Shown piece after piece: positions 42,549-53,778 of a stretch of DNA of 64,000 nucleotides. The DNA comes from Caecitellus pseudoparvulus (lineage: Eukaryota > Protista > Bigyra: Bicosoecida): positions 124,001 to 188,000 of the forward strand of contig CBFFRQ010000089.1 of assembly GCA_965644315.1 (NCBI GenBank), read 5' to 3'. Numbering within the stretch: position 1 is the first letter of the stretch; each line of letters starts with the position of its first letter. The notes under the pieces are model-generated. The model saw only the letters and a program-made list of their open reading frames with translations. It was not told the origin of the DNA and made no database searches. The position numbers were made by a program, and so were the translations under genes.

Positions 42549-45500
42549 ATGTCGTTTCCTGGGAGGTGGCCTGGAAGCCCACCCCGAGAAGCCGTGCCAG
42601 CGACACCCCCCCCTGGGATGGCCCACACGCCAGGCTCTGGAAGCGGACGAGGGCGTAGGCGTGGGCGTGGGCGTGGGCGTGAGCGTGAGCGTGGGCGTGG
42701 GCGTGGGCGGGGGAGTGAGCGTGGGAGTGAGAGCGAGCGTGGCTGGAGCGGTGGGCGGCGTCCTCAACGCTTCCCTCGCCCGAGCACACCAGACACCACC
42801 GGGCACCCAAACCCAGCCACCCACAGCCCTGATTCAATTGTCTTCAACCATGACTCGGTGTGCTTTGAGTCAGGTTGCACATGTGTGAGAGAGCACCGTC
42901 GAAAGAGGGACTACAACTTCCCAGGATACTGCTACAAGTATGCGAAAGGCAAGTGCAAGTGGGGTGAAGCTTGCACATTCGCACACTTGGACTGCCACCT
43001 ACAAGACTGCCCCTGCCCGAAGAAGCATGCCGCAACGCCAAAAAAGGGGCGCTCTACGCCCAGGCCAACGCCACCCAAAAAGCCCCAGGAGCCAAAGGCA
43101 GGCCATAAGAAGAAGCCATCGAAGGACAAGTCAAAACTCAGACAGCCTCACCAGTTTGGTGCAGTGCCTGCTCCAGCTGTTCCGGCCAAGGAACGTGTGA
43201 ATGCCGTGTGGAGGGCTGGCAAAACGTGGGAACTCCCGCACGCACAGTCCCGCGCGGAGCTTGCCACACTGCAGAAAAACTTGAAGGGGCAGTTCAAGAA
43301 AGCCCTTCACGTGCTGCGCCTCACGGCCCAGCACGCCGCACTGCGCCCGGAGGACGCCGACGCCCTGGCTCTCATGGCTCACGCTGCGCTGGAACGCCAG
43401 CGGACGGGCATGTCAGCCAACACGCTGATGCAGGACCTCGTGCAGAGCATCCTGTCCAAGCCTGTGTGCGTCATTTCGGGTGCCAGCGGCTGTGGCAAGT
43501 CCACGCAAATCCCCCTGGCGTTGTTGGACATGCTGAATGCCCCACCCTGCGTGTGGGAAACCGCCGGAGCAGCGCCGCCAGAGCGCGTGCGCAACGGAAG
43601 CATCATCGTGTGCCAACCGACGGAGCTTGCGGCCAAAGCGCTGCAAGAGTTCGTGTCTGCACAATGGAACAGGTGCCGCGTGAACGCGGGCTTGGCAACA
43701 GATGGAGCAACCATCGCGTACATGGATTCCGGTACAACTGTTCCGCCTGCGGGAGCTCGGGTCGTCTTCTGCTCCACACGCACGCTGCTCTCGTGGGTGC
43801 TGCGTGTGAGCGAAAACAGAGGTGCTGGCGCAGGAAGCTTCAACGTGCAGGAGAACGTGGGCGTGCTCATCATCGACGAAGTGCATGAGCGCACACCCGA
43901 CATTGACCTGGTGCTGGCAACTGCTCGCCGGATGGCAGCGGAGGAAGGCGGTGCAGACTTTCGCGTCGTGCTCATGAGCGCCACGCTGGACGCTGATGAG
44001 CTCTCTGCCTACTTTCAAAAGGGCCACTCAGGGCAAGCCGGCACAGGTGCTGGCGACGCGATGGAAGTATCTTCCATGGAAGTGATGCTGCGGCACCACC
44101 ACATCCAGGACATGTACGTGGAAGACAAACATGCCCTAACAACGCATGGCTTGGAGCCTCGCACGGTGCGGCGAGTGCAGGAGCTCCTGCAGAATGCCCA
44201 GCTTCACAGCTCGCTGCGTTTCAAGAACAAGCCAGGGGACGTCATTGTCTTCGTACCCAACAACGCTTACGTTGAGAAGGTGGGGGCGGCTCTCCGGCGG
44301 GCATCACTTAAGGCAGGCCAAGATCCCGGTGCAACGGGCACTGTACTCGTGGAAGTGCTGGAGCTCACGTCAGATGTTGCAGCTGGAACTCGCGGGCACA
44401 TCCTGGACCAGCTGATGGGGCAGCGTGGAACTGAGCAGCACATCTGCCGCGTCATCGTCACGACCTCTGCTTTTGAGAAGTCGTTCACCTTTCCCCACGC
44501 CATGGCAGTCATCGACACGGGCCTGACGGAAGCAGTCACCGTTGACCCGCTCTCCGGCCTGCACATACGACGCACGCAGCCGGTCAGTCAGGCTGCGGCG
44601 ATCCAGCGAGCTGGTCGAGTGGGCCGCACGAACAAGGGCGTCGTGATGCGCATGTACTCCGAGGCTGCCTTCCATGCGTTGCCCCCCTACATTACTCCTG
44701 GCGTCCTGACGGCAAGTCTGGACAAGCTTGTGCTGAGTATGATCTCCCTCGGCATTCACGAGGCAGAGCTGCCGTGTGCCCCGTCCGCCCTGGGACTGGA
44801 CAAGGCACGTGAGACTCTGCGGAGGCTTGGAATGGTGGAGCACTACCGCGGCAACCTGGCGATTTCGACGGTGGGCTTCCAAGTGCTCAAGTGGGGCATT
44901 TCGTCTCCCGCAGCCGCCATTGTGGTCAAGGCGCTGGGGGTCACCCCAGAGCAGCTTAGCCGCACGTCCATGCCACACTTCATCGCGCAAGCTGCAGTTG
45001 TGGCGGCGATCGTGGCAACTGGGGCAAAGCTCGTTGCAGACCCAGACAAGCTGCTGCAGCATGACGGCTTCACGAGCGCGGCTGGGCCGAGTGTGCTGGA
45101 CGGGGGCGACCTCCACTGGCAACGCGCAGCGTTCTTGTTCACCTTGGCCCGACTCGGAAGAGGGGAGGCAGAACTCCTGCACGCAATTGGGGTGCGTGAA
45201 GCCGTGCTGTATACTGTGTTGGCGAAGGTGCAGGCCATCGCTCGCGGGCTGCGTGAGTGGGGCTCCGAGCAGAGCATTGCAGCTGCGGGGATCCTGGAAG
45301 CCACAGCAGCAACAGCGTCAGGCCCGCCAGGCGCAGCGACTGGAGGCTCGCTTTCCATCCGCTTGGGCGACCGTGAAGCCACTTCTTTGCAGCGGTGCAT
45401 TGTTGGAGCGTTCGAGCAGAACATGGCGTTGGCCAGCAGCGTCCCACAAGCTGGGTACCACTGCTGCAGTCTGAACATGCGCCTGCTGCCTGCGGAGAGC

Positions 45501-48500
45501 GTGAGCACGGTGCACTTTGGTGCCGTGCCACGGCAGCATGTCGTCTATTCTCACATCGTCTCAGGCGCTGCTGGGCGTGTGGCTCTGCGCGGCATCACCC
45601 CAGTGCCATGCAGCATGCAGCCTCGAGGGACTCACCAAGCGGCGTGCATGGAGACTACCATCGACAGGGCAGTCCTCAACGCGCCACCCCACTTTCAGGA
45701 TTGCCAAGTTCCACTGTCAGAGGCCCTGGTCGAGGGTGTCTCGCAGTCGCACGAGCTGCTTGCACTGGAAGCCGCCACTGGTGCCGCAGTGATTCCCTCT
45801 CCACACCTCGTGCGGTGGGGTGATGCGACAGAAGCGGAGGCCCAAGTTTCGCGGCCCCTGACAGTGGTCAGTCGAGCAGAATGCCACGAGGACGTTGTGC
45901 AGCGCCTGAACACGCTGCTCTCGAACAAACTGCGGGATATGGCCCTGGCCTCTGCTCCTCTTCAAGTGCCCAAGCGCGGAATTGACCTGCAGCTGGGCCC
46001 CGGCATCACTCCCAGCTCTGTGCTGTGCCCAGGCGAGTTCGACACCGTCATTGTGCACAATGTGCCCAGCGTGTTGCGTGCCGATGGCGCAGGTGCACCC
46101 ACAGCCGTGCTGCACTTTGACTGGTACAATGCCGAGCACGTGTGCGGCCTACTGGACAGTACGGGGATCGCTGCGACGCCAGTCCTGCACGGTCCGAGTG
46201 AGCGGTCCGCCGATGGCATGCTGTGCAGCGGCTGGATCCGATTCGCATCGCCTGCCACTGCTCGGCAAGTGCGCCAGCACCTGCAAGGTTGCAAGCCGGA
46301 CCTGTCTCATCTGCGGGACGCCATGGCCAGGTCTGCGGAAGCTGCCCAGGTGTCCGAGGCGGAAGAAGCCATTTTGCGGACTCAGCAAGCCCTGCCTGGT
46401 GGCGCGGATGCAGTGGAGTTGCAAGTTGCTGCCTTCCCAGGGCTAGCTGCCGGTTCAAGCGGCCAAGGTCTCAATTCCATTGAGCCGCAGAAGAATGTCT
46501 TGCGGGTGCATTGGCTGCAGCGCAGCAAGGAAGGGTCTCGGCACGCGGCAATGGTTGTCATGTTCGACGAAGCCGCCGCAGCATCGCTGAAAGCATACAT
46601 TGACAGCAAGCCAGCTGATGGTCCGTTTGTGGGAGTTACAGCGGAGGTGGACGTCGACAGGAACAACACATTGAATCTGAGGGGTCTTCAAGACACTTGG
46701 GAAGCAAGCATCCTGACTCAACGCATGCAAGAAACCATCATTGAACACTTCCGGGATGCGGAGGGTGGAAGAGACATCCCTCTCATCAAGTACGTAGTCG
46801 TATACCAGAGTGGTAGGCGCCTGGTCCTGGAGCCCAACCTGCTGGACTGCTACCAGCAGGCTGGTCAGGAGTTGGCCGACTTGCTGAGCGAGCAGCTGTA
46901 CGGAGAGTCACACCGCGTGCAGGTGCACGCAGAAGCCGTGTCTGGGCACAAGCAGAAGGCCATTACAACAGAACTTCTTCTGCCAAGCGTGCACACCGAT
47001 CAGGACCCCCACGAAGCGCTGCAGGCGCTGTTGGACGGTGTTTGTGGCGCCGCTGCCTGTCCTGCAAACCTGGCAACGTTCCATGGAACTCGCAAGCCCT
47101 TCCTGCAACCACATGACCCACACTTTCTGCAGCTGCCCATGGAGGCTTGGAACAACTTGAAAAACCGAGCATGGCCAATTGTGGGCAGAGCCCTGCAGGC
47201 GGAAGCTAGGGCCGGGCACGCCGCCAGCATCTCCATCGGGCCTGCGCTGCACGCTGCAGCCGCCGCGGCGGCGACTCAGAGCACCATCACCATCACCATC
47301 CAGCACCCAGATGTGCAGGAGCAAGGCGTGATTGCCAAGAATCTAGCCGCCAGCTTCGAGCCTGTGCAAGTGCGCCCCAAGTACCGCACTGCCGCAGCAG
47401 GTGGGGAAGCCGCGTCTGCTGCGGGTGCGGGCGACGCAGCAGACGCAGGGGACGCAGCAAGCACAGTGTGGCAGCCGGAGTGGCAGCATGGCCCGGCTCT
47501 CTTCCGGGCAGTGCTGGAGCACAGTTCGACGCTTCCCGTGCTTGGCAGAAACCAAGCAGCCCTGCTCCCTGTCGATGGCGGGCGGAGCCACTTGCTGTAC
47601 GTCATGAAGCCACAACGCCAGCGCTGCTTGGCAAGCCTGGACGCTCACCTCCGATCCTTCCATGACGAAGCAAATGCCGGCAGGAAGCTGGTCGCGTTCC
47701 TGCCTGGGATCTCTGCGAGCGGGCAAGAAGTGAGAGCAGCATTGGCTGCCTTGCCTGGCGTGACGTACCGAGCTGTCGGTCGTGGCATCAAGCTACGAGG
47801 CCCTCTTGGCAGCCTGGCAGCTGCAATTAAAGTGCTGGCGAAAGCGACGTGTGCTGATGATGATGATTGGGAGTGCCCTGCATGCATGGAGGAGAAGGCT
47901 GAACTTGTGGCTCAGGGAGTTGACATCGTGCAGATGACTGGCTGCGGGCACCGCATGTGCGCCCCTTGCCTGACCGAGCAACTTCTGCATGGGTGCGAAA
48001 AGCGGCCAAGACAGCCCTTGCAATGCTGCAAGTCTGGTTGCAGCTCGGCCGTGTGCGCCGTCGACCTCGTCGCGGCTGGGGCGGCTCTAGACTCCGCAGA
48101 CCTGCAGAAGCGCGCCGAAGTGCAAGCAGGCATGCGCGTGGAGATGCATACCATCCCATCCGATTTCAAAGGCTGGGACGATGTGGATGCAGCTGTTGCT
48201 GCGGACGTGCCAGCCGACCATGGCGGCCAGTCCTGGATGGAGCGGCACTGGACCACGTGTCCGCACTGCTCCCACAGCATTCGCATGGAGAGCGTGCCGC
48301 GGTCCTGCCAGGTGCCGTGCCCGAATTGCACGAAGTGCTTCTGCCCCATCTGCGTCGACCCGCAAGTCGAGGGGCACGAGATCTTGACCTGCCCTGCGAG
48401 GGCAAAGCTATCCCTTGCTGAGCTGGAGGACATCGCAGCTGCAGATGAAACCGGAAAGACAGGCACGACCTGCTGCCCAGCATGCGGCCAGCATGCCTTG

Positions 48501-48731
48501 TACAACTCTGATCAGTGTGCCAAGATCATATGCAGTTGCGGGGTCATGTACTGCAATCGCTGCAGAGCGTACTGGCACAAGCGTTCACTTCCCATTTACA
48601 ACCACATGTCTCGCAACTGTGGACCAGACGGTGACTGGTGGCGCCACACCAACCCTGAAGGCTGGGTGCAACCAGACCCTGACGTGCCCATGGAGCTTCC
48701 CAAGAACATTCCGCCTGATTGGGAACAGTAG
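42549..48731 (+). CDS. CCCH zinc finger - DEAH/RHA helicase - RBR (RING1-IBR-RING2) fusion protein, intronless
   Basis: RG-rich N-terminus, then CYKYAKGKCKWGEACTFAH (CCCH). Helicase motifs are GASGCGKST, DEVHER, SAT and QRAGRVGR. The C-terminus has RING1 CPAC...CGHRMCAPC...CCKSGC, IBR CPHC...CPNCTKCFCPIC...H...C and RING2 CPAC...QCAKIICSC...YCNRC. Confidence 0.9.
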   Translation: MSFPGRWPGSPPREAVPATPPPGMAHTPGSGSGRGRRRGRGRGRERERGRGRGRGSERGSESERGWSGGRRPQRFPRPSTPDTTGHPNPATHSPDSIVFNHDSVCFESGCTCVREHRRKRDYNFPGYCYKYAKGKCKWGEACTFAHLDCHLQDCPCPKKHAATPKKGRSTPRPTPPKKPQEPKAGHKKKPSKDKSKLRQPHQFGAVPAPAVPAKERVNAVWRAGKTWELPHAQSRAELATLQKNLKGQFKKALHVLRLTAQHAALRPEDADALALMAHAALERQRTGMSANTLMQDLVQSILSKPVCVISGASGCGKSTQIPLALLDMLNAPPCVWETAGAAPPERVRNGSIIVCQPTELAAKALQEFVSAQWNRCRVNAGLATDGATIAYMDSGTTVPPAGARVVFCSTRTLLSWVLRVSENRGAGAGSFNVQENVGVLIIDEVHERTPDIDLVLATARRMAAEEGGADFRVVLMSATLDADELSAYFQKGHSGQAGTGAGDAMEVSSMEVMLRHHHIQDMYVEDKHALTTHGLEPRTVRRVQELLQNAQLHSSLRFKNKPGDVIVFVPNNAYVEKVGAALRRASLKAGQDPGATGTVLVEVLELTSDVAAGTRGHILDQLMGQRGTEQHICRVIVTTSAFEKSFTFPHAMAVIDTGLTEAVTVDPLSGLHIRRTQPVSQAAAIQRAGRVGRTNKGVVMRMYSEAAFHALPPYITPGVLTASLDKLVLSMISLGIHEAELPCAPSALGLDKARETLRRLGMVEHYRGNLAISTVGFQVLKWGISSPAAAIVVKALGVTPEQLSRTSMPHFIAQAAVVAAIVATGAKLVADPDKLLQHDGFTSAAGPSVLDGGDLHWQRAAFLFTLARLGRGEAELLHAIGVREAVLYTVLAKVQAIARGLREWGSEQSIAAAGILEATAATASGPPGAATGGSLSIRLGDREATSLQRCIVGAFEQNMALASSVPQAGYHCCSLNMRLLPAESVSTVHFGAVPRQHVVYSHIVSGAAGRVALRGITPVPCSMQPRGTHQAACMETTIDRAVLNAPPHFQDCQVPLSEALVEGVSQSHELLALEAATGAAVIPSPHLVRWGDATEAEAQVSRPLTVVSRAECHEDVVQRLNTLLSNKLRDMALASAPLQVPKRGIDLQLGPGITPSSVLCPGEFDTVIVHNVPSVLRADGAGAPTAVLHFDWYNAEHVCGLLDSTGIAATPVLHGPSERSADGMLCSGWIRFASPATARQVRQHLQGCKPDLSHLRDAMARSAEAAQVSEAEEAILRTQQALPGGADAVELQVAAFPGLAAGSSGQGLNSIEPQKNVLRVHWLQRSKEGSRHAAMVVMFDEAAAASLKAYIDSKPADGPFVGVTAEVDVDRNNTLNLRGLQDTWEASILTQRMQETIIEHFRDAEGGRDIPLIKYVVVYQSGRRLVLEPNLLDCYQQAGQELADLLSEQLYGESHRVQVHAEAVSGHKQKAITTELLLPSVHTDQDPHEALQALLDGVCGAAACPANLATFHGTRKPFLQPHDPHFLQLPMEAWNNLKNRAWPIVGRALQAEARAGHAASISIGPALHAAAAAAATQSTITITIQHPDVQEQGVIAKNLAASFEPVQVRPKYRTAAAGGEAASAAGAGDAADAGDAASTVWQPEWQHGPALFRAVLEHSSTLPVLGRNQAALLPVDGGRSHLLYVMKPQRQRCLASLDAHLRSFHDEANAGRKLVAFLPGISASGQEVRAALAALPGVTYRAVGRGIKLRGPLGSLAAAIKVLAKATCADDDDWECPACMEEKAELVAQGVDIVQMTGCGHRMCAPCLTEQLLHGCEKRPRQPLQCCKSGCSSAVCAVDLVAAGAALDSADLQKRAEVQAGMRVEMHTIPSDFKGWDDVDAAVAADVPADHGGQSWMERHWTTCPHCSHSIRMESVPRSCQVPCPNCTKCFCPICVDPQVEGHEILTCPARAKLSLAELEDIAAADETGKTGTTCCPACGQHALYNSDQCAKIICSCGVMYCNRCRAYWHKRSLPIYNHMSRNCGPDGDWWRHTNPEGWVQPDPDVPMELPKNIPPDWEQ

Positions 48732-49327
48732 GCAAGGCTGCTTTGTGACGCTGCAAAGCTGGGACGTGGCCCCTCTCGCCTGCCTGGTCAATGCAACTCC
48801 GCTGGCATGCTTTGCCTTTCACAGCTCGGCACGTCGCACCAGCTTTCGCTCTTTTCTGAGCGCTGGATGTAACAAGTGGAAAGCAGTTCTCGTTGCGTTG
48901 CAGAAGTAGGAGCAGCATGGGTGAGAGCCCACCAAAGCCGTCTACTCAGAGCATGGCAAAGGGTGACTCGCGAACGTGGCCACTGTGCACGGGTGCTGGC
49001 CGCGACCCGCACTGCCTGGCTGCGCTGTTGTGGCGTGGGAGGAGAGGCGCATCCGAGGTGGGCTCGCCGGGCGGGTCAAGGCTGCAGCATGTGCGCGCCC
49101 GATGCGGCCTGGTACTGCGCGCGCACCACAGTTCACACATCTGCCCCATCCATGAGCAGGCCTTGCACACCTTGGACGATGTGCGGGCGGCTGGAGTGGC
49201 CTGTCACGTTCGCGGGCGTCGGCCAGCCTCCACTGCAACGTGCTCACAAAATCACAACGCCCAAGGTTCACTCGCTCACTGCATCAGCCCCCACCCCACC
49301 TTCACCTCCTCACACACTCCAATCACC

Positions 49328-49869
49328 ATGGCTTCTGTACGGCTCCTGCTGCTTGGCACTCACCACACGTGGGGTGTCACTTCGCTCACCTCTGCTTCGG
49401 CCGCAGGCTGACCTCGACGCGCAGTTCCAGGCTGCCGCCGACAGCGTGAAGAGCTTCGAGCCCAAGACGCCCTTGACCGACGCAGAGAAGCTGGATGCGT
49501 ACAAGTACTACAAGCAGGCCACCGTGGGCGACGTGAACACTGCCAAGTGCGTCGTCGGCGTGGTGCAGGGGAATCCATGCAGCCGAGGCGCTGCCAGCAC
49601 CGGCGCCAGGCGAGCGCTTGCATTCGCCCTATGCTCATACTCATACGCCACTCACTTCACAGGCCTGGCATGTTGGACTGGACTGGGCAGGCCAAGTGGG
49701 ACGCGTGGAACTCCGTCAAGGGTGCGTGTCCAATTCCGCAGCTTCCGCGCGGCACTCCAGCGCACTGCCCGGCCGCTGCCCGCCACCACCTGCACCAGGC
49801 ACCAGCACGGAGGACGCCAAGAAGGCATACATTGAGGTGGTCAAGAAGCAGCAGGAGGAGCACTCCTAA
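49328..49869 (+). CDS. ACBP: Acyl-CoA-binding protein (4 exons, first coding exon 9 nt)
   Basis: Spliced sequence [14 protein letters not shown]...[51 protein letters not shown]. Confidence 0.96.
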
Positions 49870-49912
49870 ACTGCCCCGGCAGCTCTGCAATGCAACCCCA
49901 CAGCCCACCTCG

Positions 49913-51815
49913 TCAGTGGCTCCAGATCTTGATGGTGCGGTCCCGGCTTCCCGAGGCGACCTTTTCCCCGTTGGGACTCCAGTCCAGCGCAAACACCTCG
50001 TCTGCATGGCCGGACAGCGTGTAGATGGCCTTGGCCCCCGCCCGTGCCGGCCCCGCCAACTTGGCCGTGGCGGCGTCTGACCCAGCGTCACGTTTGGAAG
50101 CGGCGACGGCCAGGGCAGCGTTGGCCACTGGCGCCGCCCACACCTTCACCGTGGAGTCCTTGGAGGCAGAGGCGAGGAAGCGCGAGTCGCCCGACCAGGC
50201 CACCTGGTACACCGCCGCCACGTGCCCCGTGAAGGTCATGAGGAACGCCCCCGTGAAGCCGTCCCACACCTTGACCTTCTTGTCGAAGGAGGCCGACGCC
50301 AGCAGGCGCGTGTCGGGGGAGAAGGCGATGTGGTTCACGGGTTGCTGGTGACCCGCCATGCGCGCCAGGTGGTGCTTGGACCCGCCGTCCCCCGGCGTCC
50401 ACAAGAACAGCGTCGCGTCGTCCGAGGCAGACACCAGGCGCTCGGGGCCCAACTGCCGCACAGCGGTGTACCTGGCACTGGCGGCGCGCTTGGCGGCCTC
50501 GGCGTCAGCTGGTGCGGCGCCAGTGTGGTCGAAGGGCCCCGTGCGGCAGACCGCCTCGGTGCTGAGTGCGAGGCAGTTCACGCGGTGCCCGTGGCCGGCC
50601 AGGGTGCGGATGAGCTTGCCACGGGCGGCAGACGTCACGGACCACGCCTTCACCGTGCGGTCCCGGGACCCCGTGTACAGGATGCCGTCGCCGCCCCACT
50701 TGACGCTCTCCACGGAGTCTGTGTGCCCGGCACAGGAGAACAAGAAACGCCCACTCCGCGCAGCCCACACCTTCACGGCGCCGTCCTTGGAGGCAGTGGC
50801 CAGGCGCGTGCAGCAGCCGTCAGTGGAGTCACTGCTGTGCAGCGGCTCCCACGCCATGGACGTGATCCAGCTCTTGTGTCCCTTCAGCGGGCCGCCGATG
50901 CCAGCGCCGGTCGCGACATCCCACACACGCACTTGCCCCTTGAAGTCCCCAGACGCCATCATGCTGCCACAGGGGGAGAACGCCACACACAGGACGTGGG
51001 CGGTGTGGCCGGAACACACGTACTTGGTCGTGTTCGTGCCTGTGTCCCACATGCGCACCATGCCGTCGCCCCCTGCGGAACCCATCACGGCGCCATTCGG
51101 CGAAAAATGCACATGCAGAACAGAGTCACTGTGCCCCGGCAGCGTGTCGGAACACCTCGTCACAGGTAACACCCGGAACACCGCCAGCGGGTGGTACCGC
51201 ACCGTCAGCGTACCCTCCACGCCACCACCCGTGTTGGCGATGGTGTCCAGCAAGTTCGTGGCAATTTCCTGCTCGTCCAGGTAAAACGCCAGAGGAGCCG
51301 TGTCGCTGTCGTCCAACTTGCCCTTCTGAGCCTGCAGCAGTGCCTGCACCAGCGCCTGCAGCTGCGCAGGGGATGCATCCACTGGCACATCCACAGGTGG
51401 CCCAGTGTGGGAGCCCTGTGACGCAGCAGAGGGGGGAGGGGGGTGTGGATCGGGTATGAGGGGGGGGGCTGGTTTGTGCAACGCACGTCTGCCGCTGTCA
51501 GCTGCACCACCACCGACGTGACTCCGTCCAGGTGTGCCGGCAGCTGCTCAGCCTGCCCTGAAGCGCTGCCCCCAGCAGCCGGAGCCTCCATGCGCACCGC
51601 CGCACCGCCCAACGGCCCCGCGGTGGGCTTGGAAGCCAATGTGCTGCCCTTTTCAGGGGCCTTGGCGAAGTTTCCCATGAGCACATTCTGTGGCCAGGCA
51701 GCGGCGAGGCTGTGATCAGGCGCTGCTGCGGCACTTTGGCCGGCACGGCAGAGGGCGCAGGCAGAGCCCAACGCACGTCCACCCGAGCGCGTTTGGCAGG
51801 GGACTCAGCCGCCAT
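49913..51815 (-). CDS. NLE1: Notchless / Rsa4 WD40 ribosome biogenesis factor (3 exons)
   Basis: NLE domain (YHPLAVFRV, RCSDTLPGH), WD repeats with WITSMAWEPLH, GHGHRVNCLALST, RLVSASDD and RMAGHQQPVN; ends KIWSH. Confidence 0.95.
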
Positions 51816-52022
51816 AACTGATTTGGTCTGGATTCCCTGCCTTCACCTGTCTGCGTGCCCTACGAGAGGTGTCGTAGGGGAAGGAAGGTGTATAGCGTTT
51901 CGGACGAAACGCTGGGAACACGCTGGTCAAACTGCTGCCTCGTGGGGCACGGCAGTGTTGGCGATGGGGAAGGGCGCATGCGCCGCCGGAATGCTTTGGA
52001 ACAATGAATTTGGGGCATGTGC

Positions 52023-52909
52023 CTACATCTCCACCAAGCGCCCAGTGTGCGCCCAGCGGCTGCGCTTCCACTTGTTGTATGGTGTGCCAAAGGGAATGGG
52101 CTTGCCCTCGGCCGTGGCAGCGGCCACGACACTCTCGCGGTGGCGAGCCCAATCAGGCATGGGCAAGTGGTCTGGGCGATGCTGGGCCAGGCGTGCGTTG
52201 CGTGCGGCTGCAAGGACGGGGGGGCGGGGGGTGCTTCGCTGTGGGGTGGTTTTGGGGGGGGATGTGCTTCACACACCGATCGTGGCAGTCATGGTGCTGC
52301 GGAGGCCGTCCCGGGAGTATCGTGCAACATCAGGGTCCTGTAGACAGGTGTAAAGGGGTGATGCGGTGCTTCGGGGGGTGTTGTCCCGTGCTGTGCGCTG
52401 GCGTCTCACCTTGCGGCCGGGAGAAGGTGTGACGGGCTCATCTGCGGTTTTTGGGATGAGCAGACTGCTGCCTTGCGGCGAGTCCAACAGGTTGCCCTGG
52501 GAAGACATGGCCACCTCGTCCGCGACGTTGTTGCGGGAGTAGTCCCGGCGGTAGTATGTGATGTCAAAGACATTGTGGTCCTCGCGCTTGGGCAGCACAG
52601 GAGGCGGGTGAGATCTGCGTGCAGTCGGCGCAGCGGGTGCATGATGCGCCGATTGCAGAGACAGCCCATGCAGCGTGGACGCACGCTGGAGCCTTCCTGA
52701 ACTCGCCCTCCCAGAACGTGCTGGTGGCCGCCTTGCCGCCGCGGTACAGCGCCCAGTTCGCCAGCTGTGCGGGGAGCAGCCGCGGCATCGTGCAGTTGCG
52801 GCTTTTGGCAGCGGAATCGTGGCGGCGCAAGTGTGAGTGCGCCACGCACCTTGTCCATTGCCTGCTGGCCAGCCTTGGGCAAAGACTGATAGATCTTGCT
52901 CATCGCCAT
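52023..52909 (-). CDS. Probable complex I accessory subunit B14.5a/NDUFA7-like (5 exons)
   Basis: Four canonical introns give MAMSKIYQS...EFRKAPASHPPPVLPKREDHNVFDITYYRRDYSRN...ending GRLVEM. The VFDITYYRRD.R segment resembles the conserved VYxIxYxxRDxRR of plant/algal B14.5a (from recall). Confidence 0.55.
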
Positions 52910-53352
52910 GATGCCTGGAAACCTGACTGCAGGTGGCGCTGGTTGGAAGCTCGGGGCAGGCTGGCGTGCCTGGCGCTTCAAGCTCCTGGCGCAAACCTGC
53001 GAATGTGCTCTGGCTGGAACTGCAGCGAGAGGTCGGACAGCATGCCAGTGAAGAAGGGGATGGGAATTGAAGAGGGGGGCACTTTGCAGCTGTGTGGTGT
53101 GTGGGGCTCCCAGCCTCAGCTGCACAACAGCGTTCCCGCCACACATTTAGCCGATGGAAACCTTGCGAGGTGCGCGGGAGAGCAGATCGAACTGTTTTCA
53201 AGTGCGTTCTGAACGAGTGTGTGCCAGCCTCCTCCATGCCTGGGCGCTTTGAAGATCCGCGCCTTCTGCAGCCAAGCAAGCGCCACACGGAGACCGCTGC
53301 ACCAAGTTGCTAAGCAGGGAGCTGAGCTTCAAAACACAATCTGAGCAGAAAT

Positions 53353-53778
53353 ATGGAGGAGTTGCTCTCAAAGCAGCAGCGAGGAACGAAGGAGTACCTG
53401 CTGCAGGCAAGTTGCGGGCGCCGTTTGACTCCGTGCAACGCAAGCGAAACACTGGATGAGCCTCGCTCACGCCCGCAGGCTGTGGCGCCCGTCGTCATCG
53501 AAGGCATGAGCGTGCTTGCAGTGGAACGCCCAAAACATCCGCTGGCATGGCTGGCATCCTACATCCTAGAGCACAGCGAGCTGGGCGATGAGCTGGCCGT
53601 TGTGCGCACGGCAGACCTGCAGGCGCAAGGCCTGGACGTGGAACCCTTCACCGCGACAGTGTTCGGACAGCCGGCAGAAGCGGCAGTGCAGGGACAAACT
53701 TCATTGGAACCACAGCCTGGGATGGTTCAGGGTGTGGAAACAGGGCCTCCAGCGGATGGGAAAGAGGCTGACGAATAG
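53353..53778 (+). CDS. Dpy-30 motif protein (2 exons, GC-AG intron 53407-53478)
   Basis: Removing the 72-nt intron gives TKEYLLQAVAPVVIEGMSVLAVERPKHPLAWLASYILEH, a complete Dpy-30/RIIa-like dimerisation motif. Confidence 0.8.
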   Translation: MEELLSKQQRGTKEYLLQASCGRRLTPCNASETLDEPRSRPQAVAPVVIEGMSVLAVERPKHPLAWLASYILEHSELGDELAVVRTADLQAQGLDVEPFTATVFGQPAEAAVQGQTSLEPQPGMVQGVETGPPADGKEADE

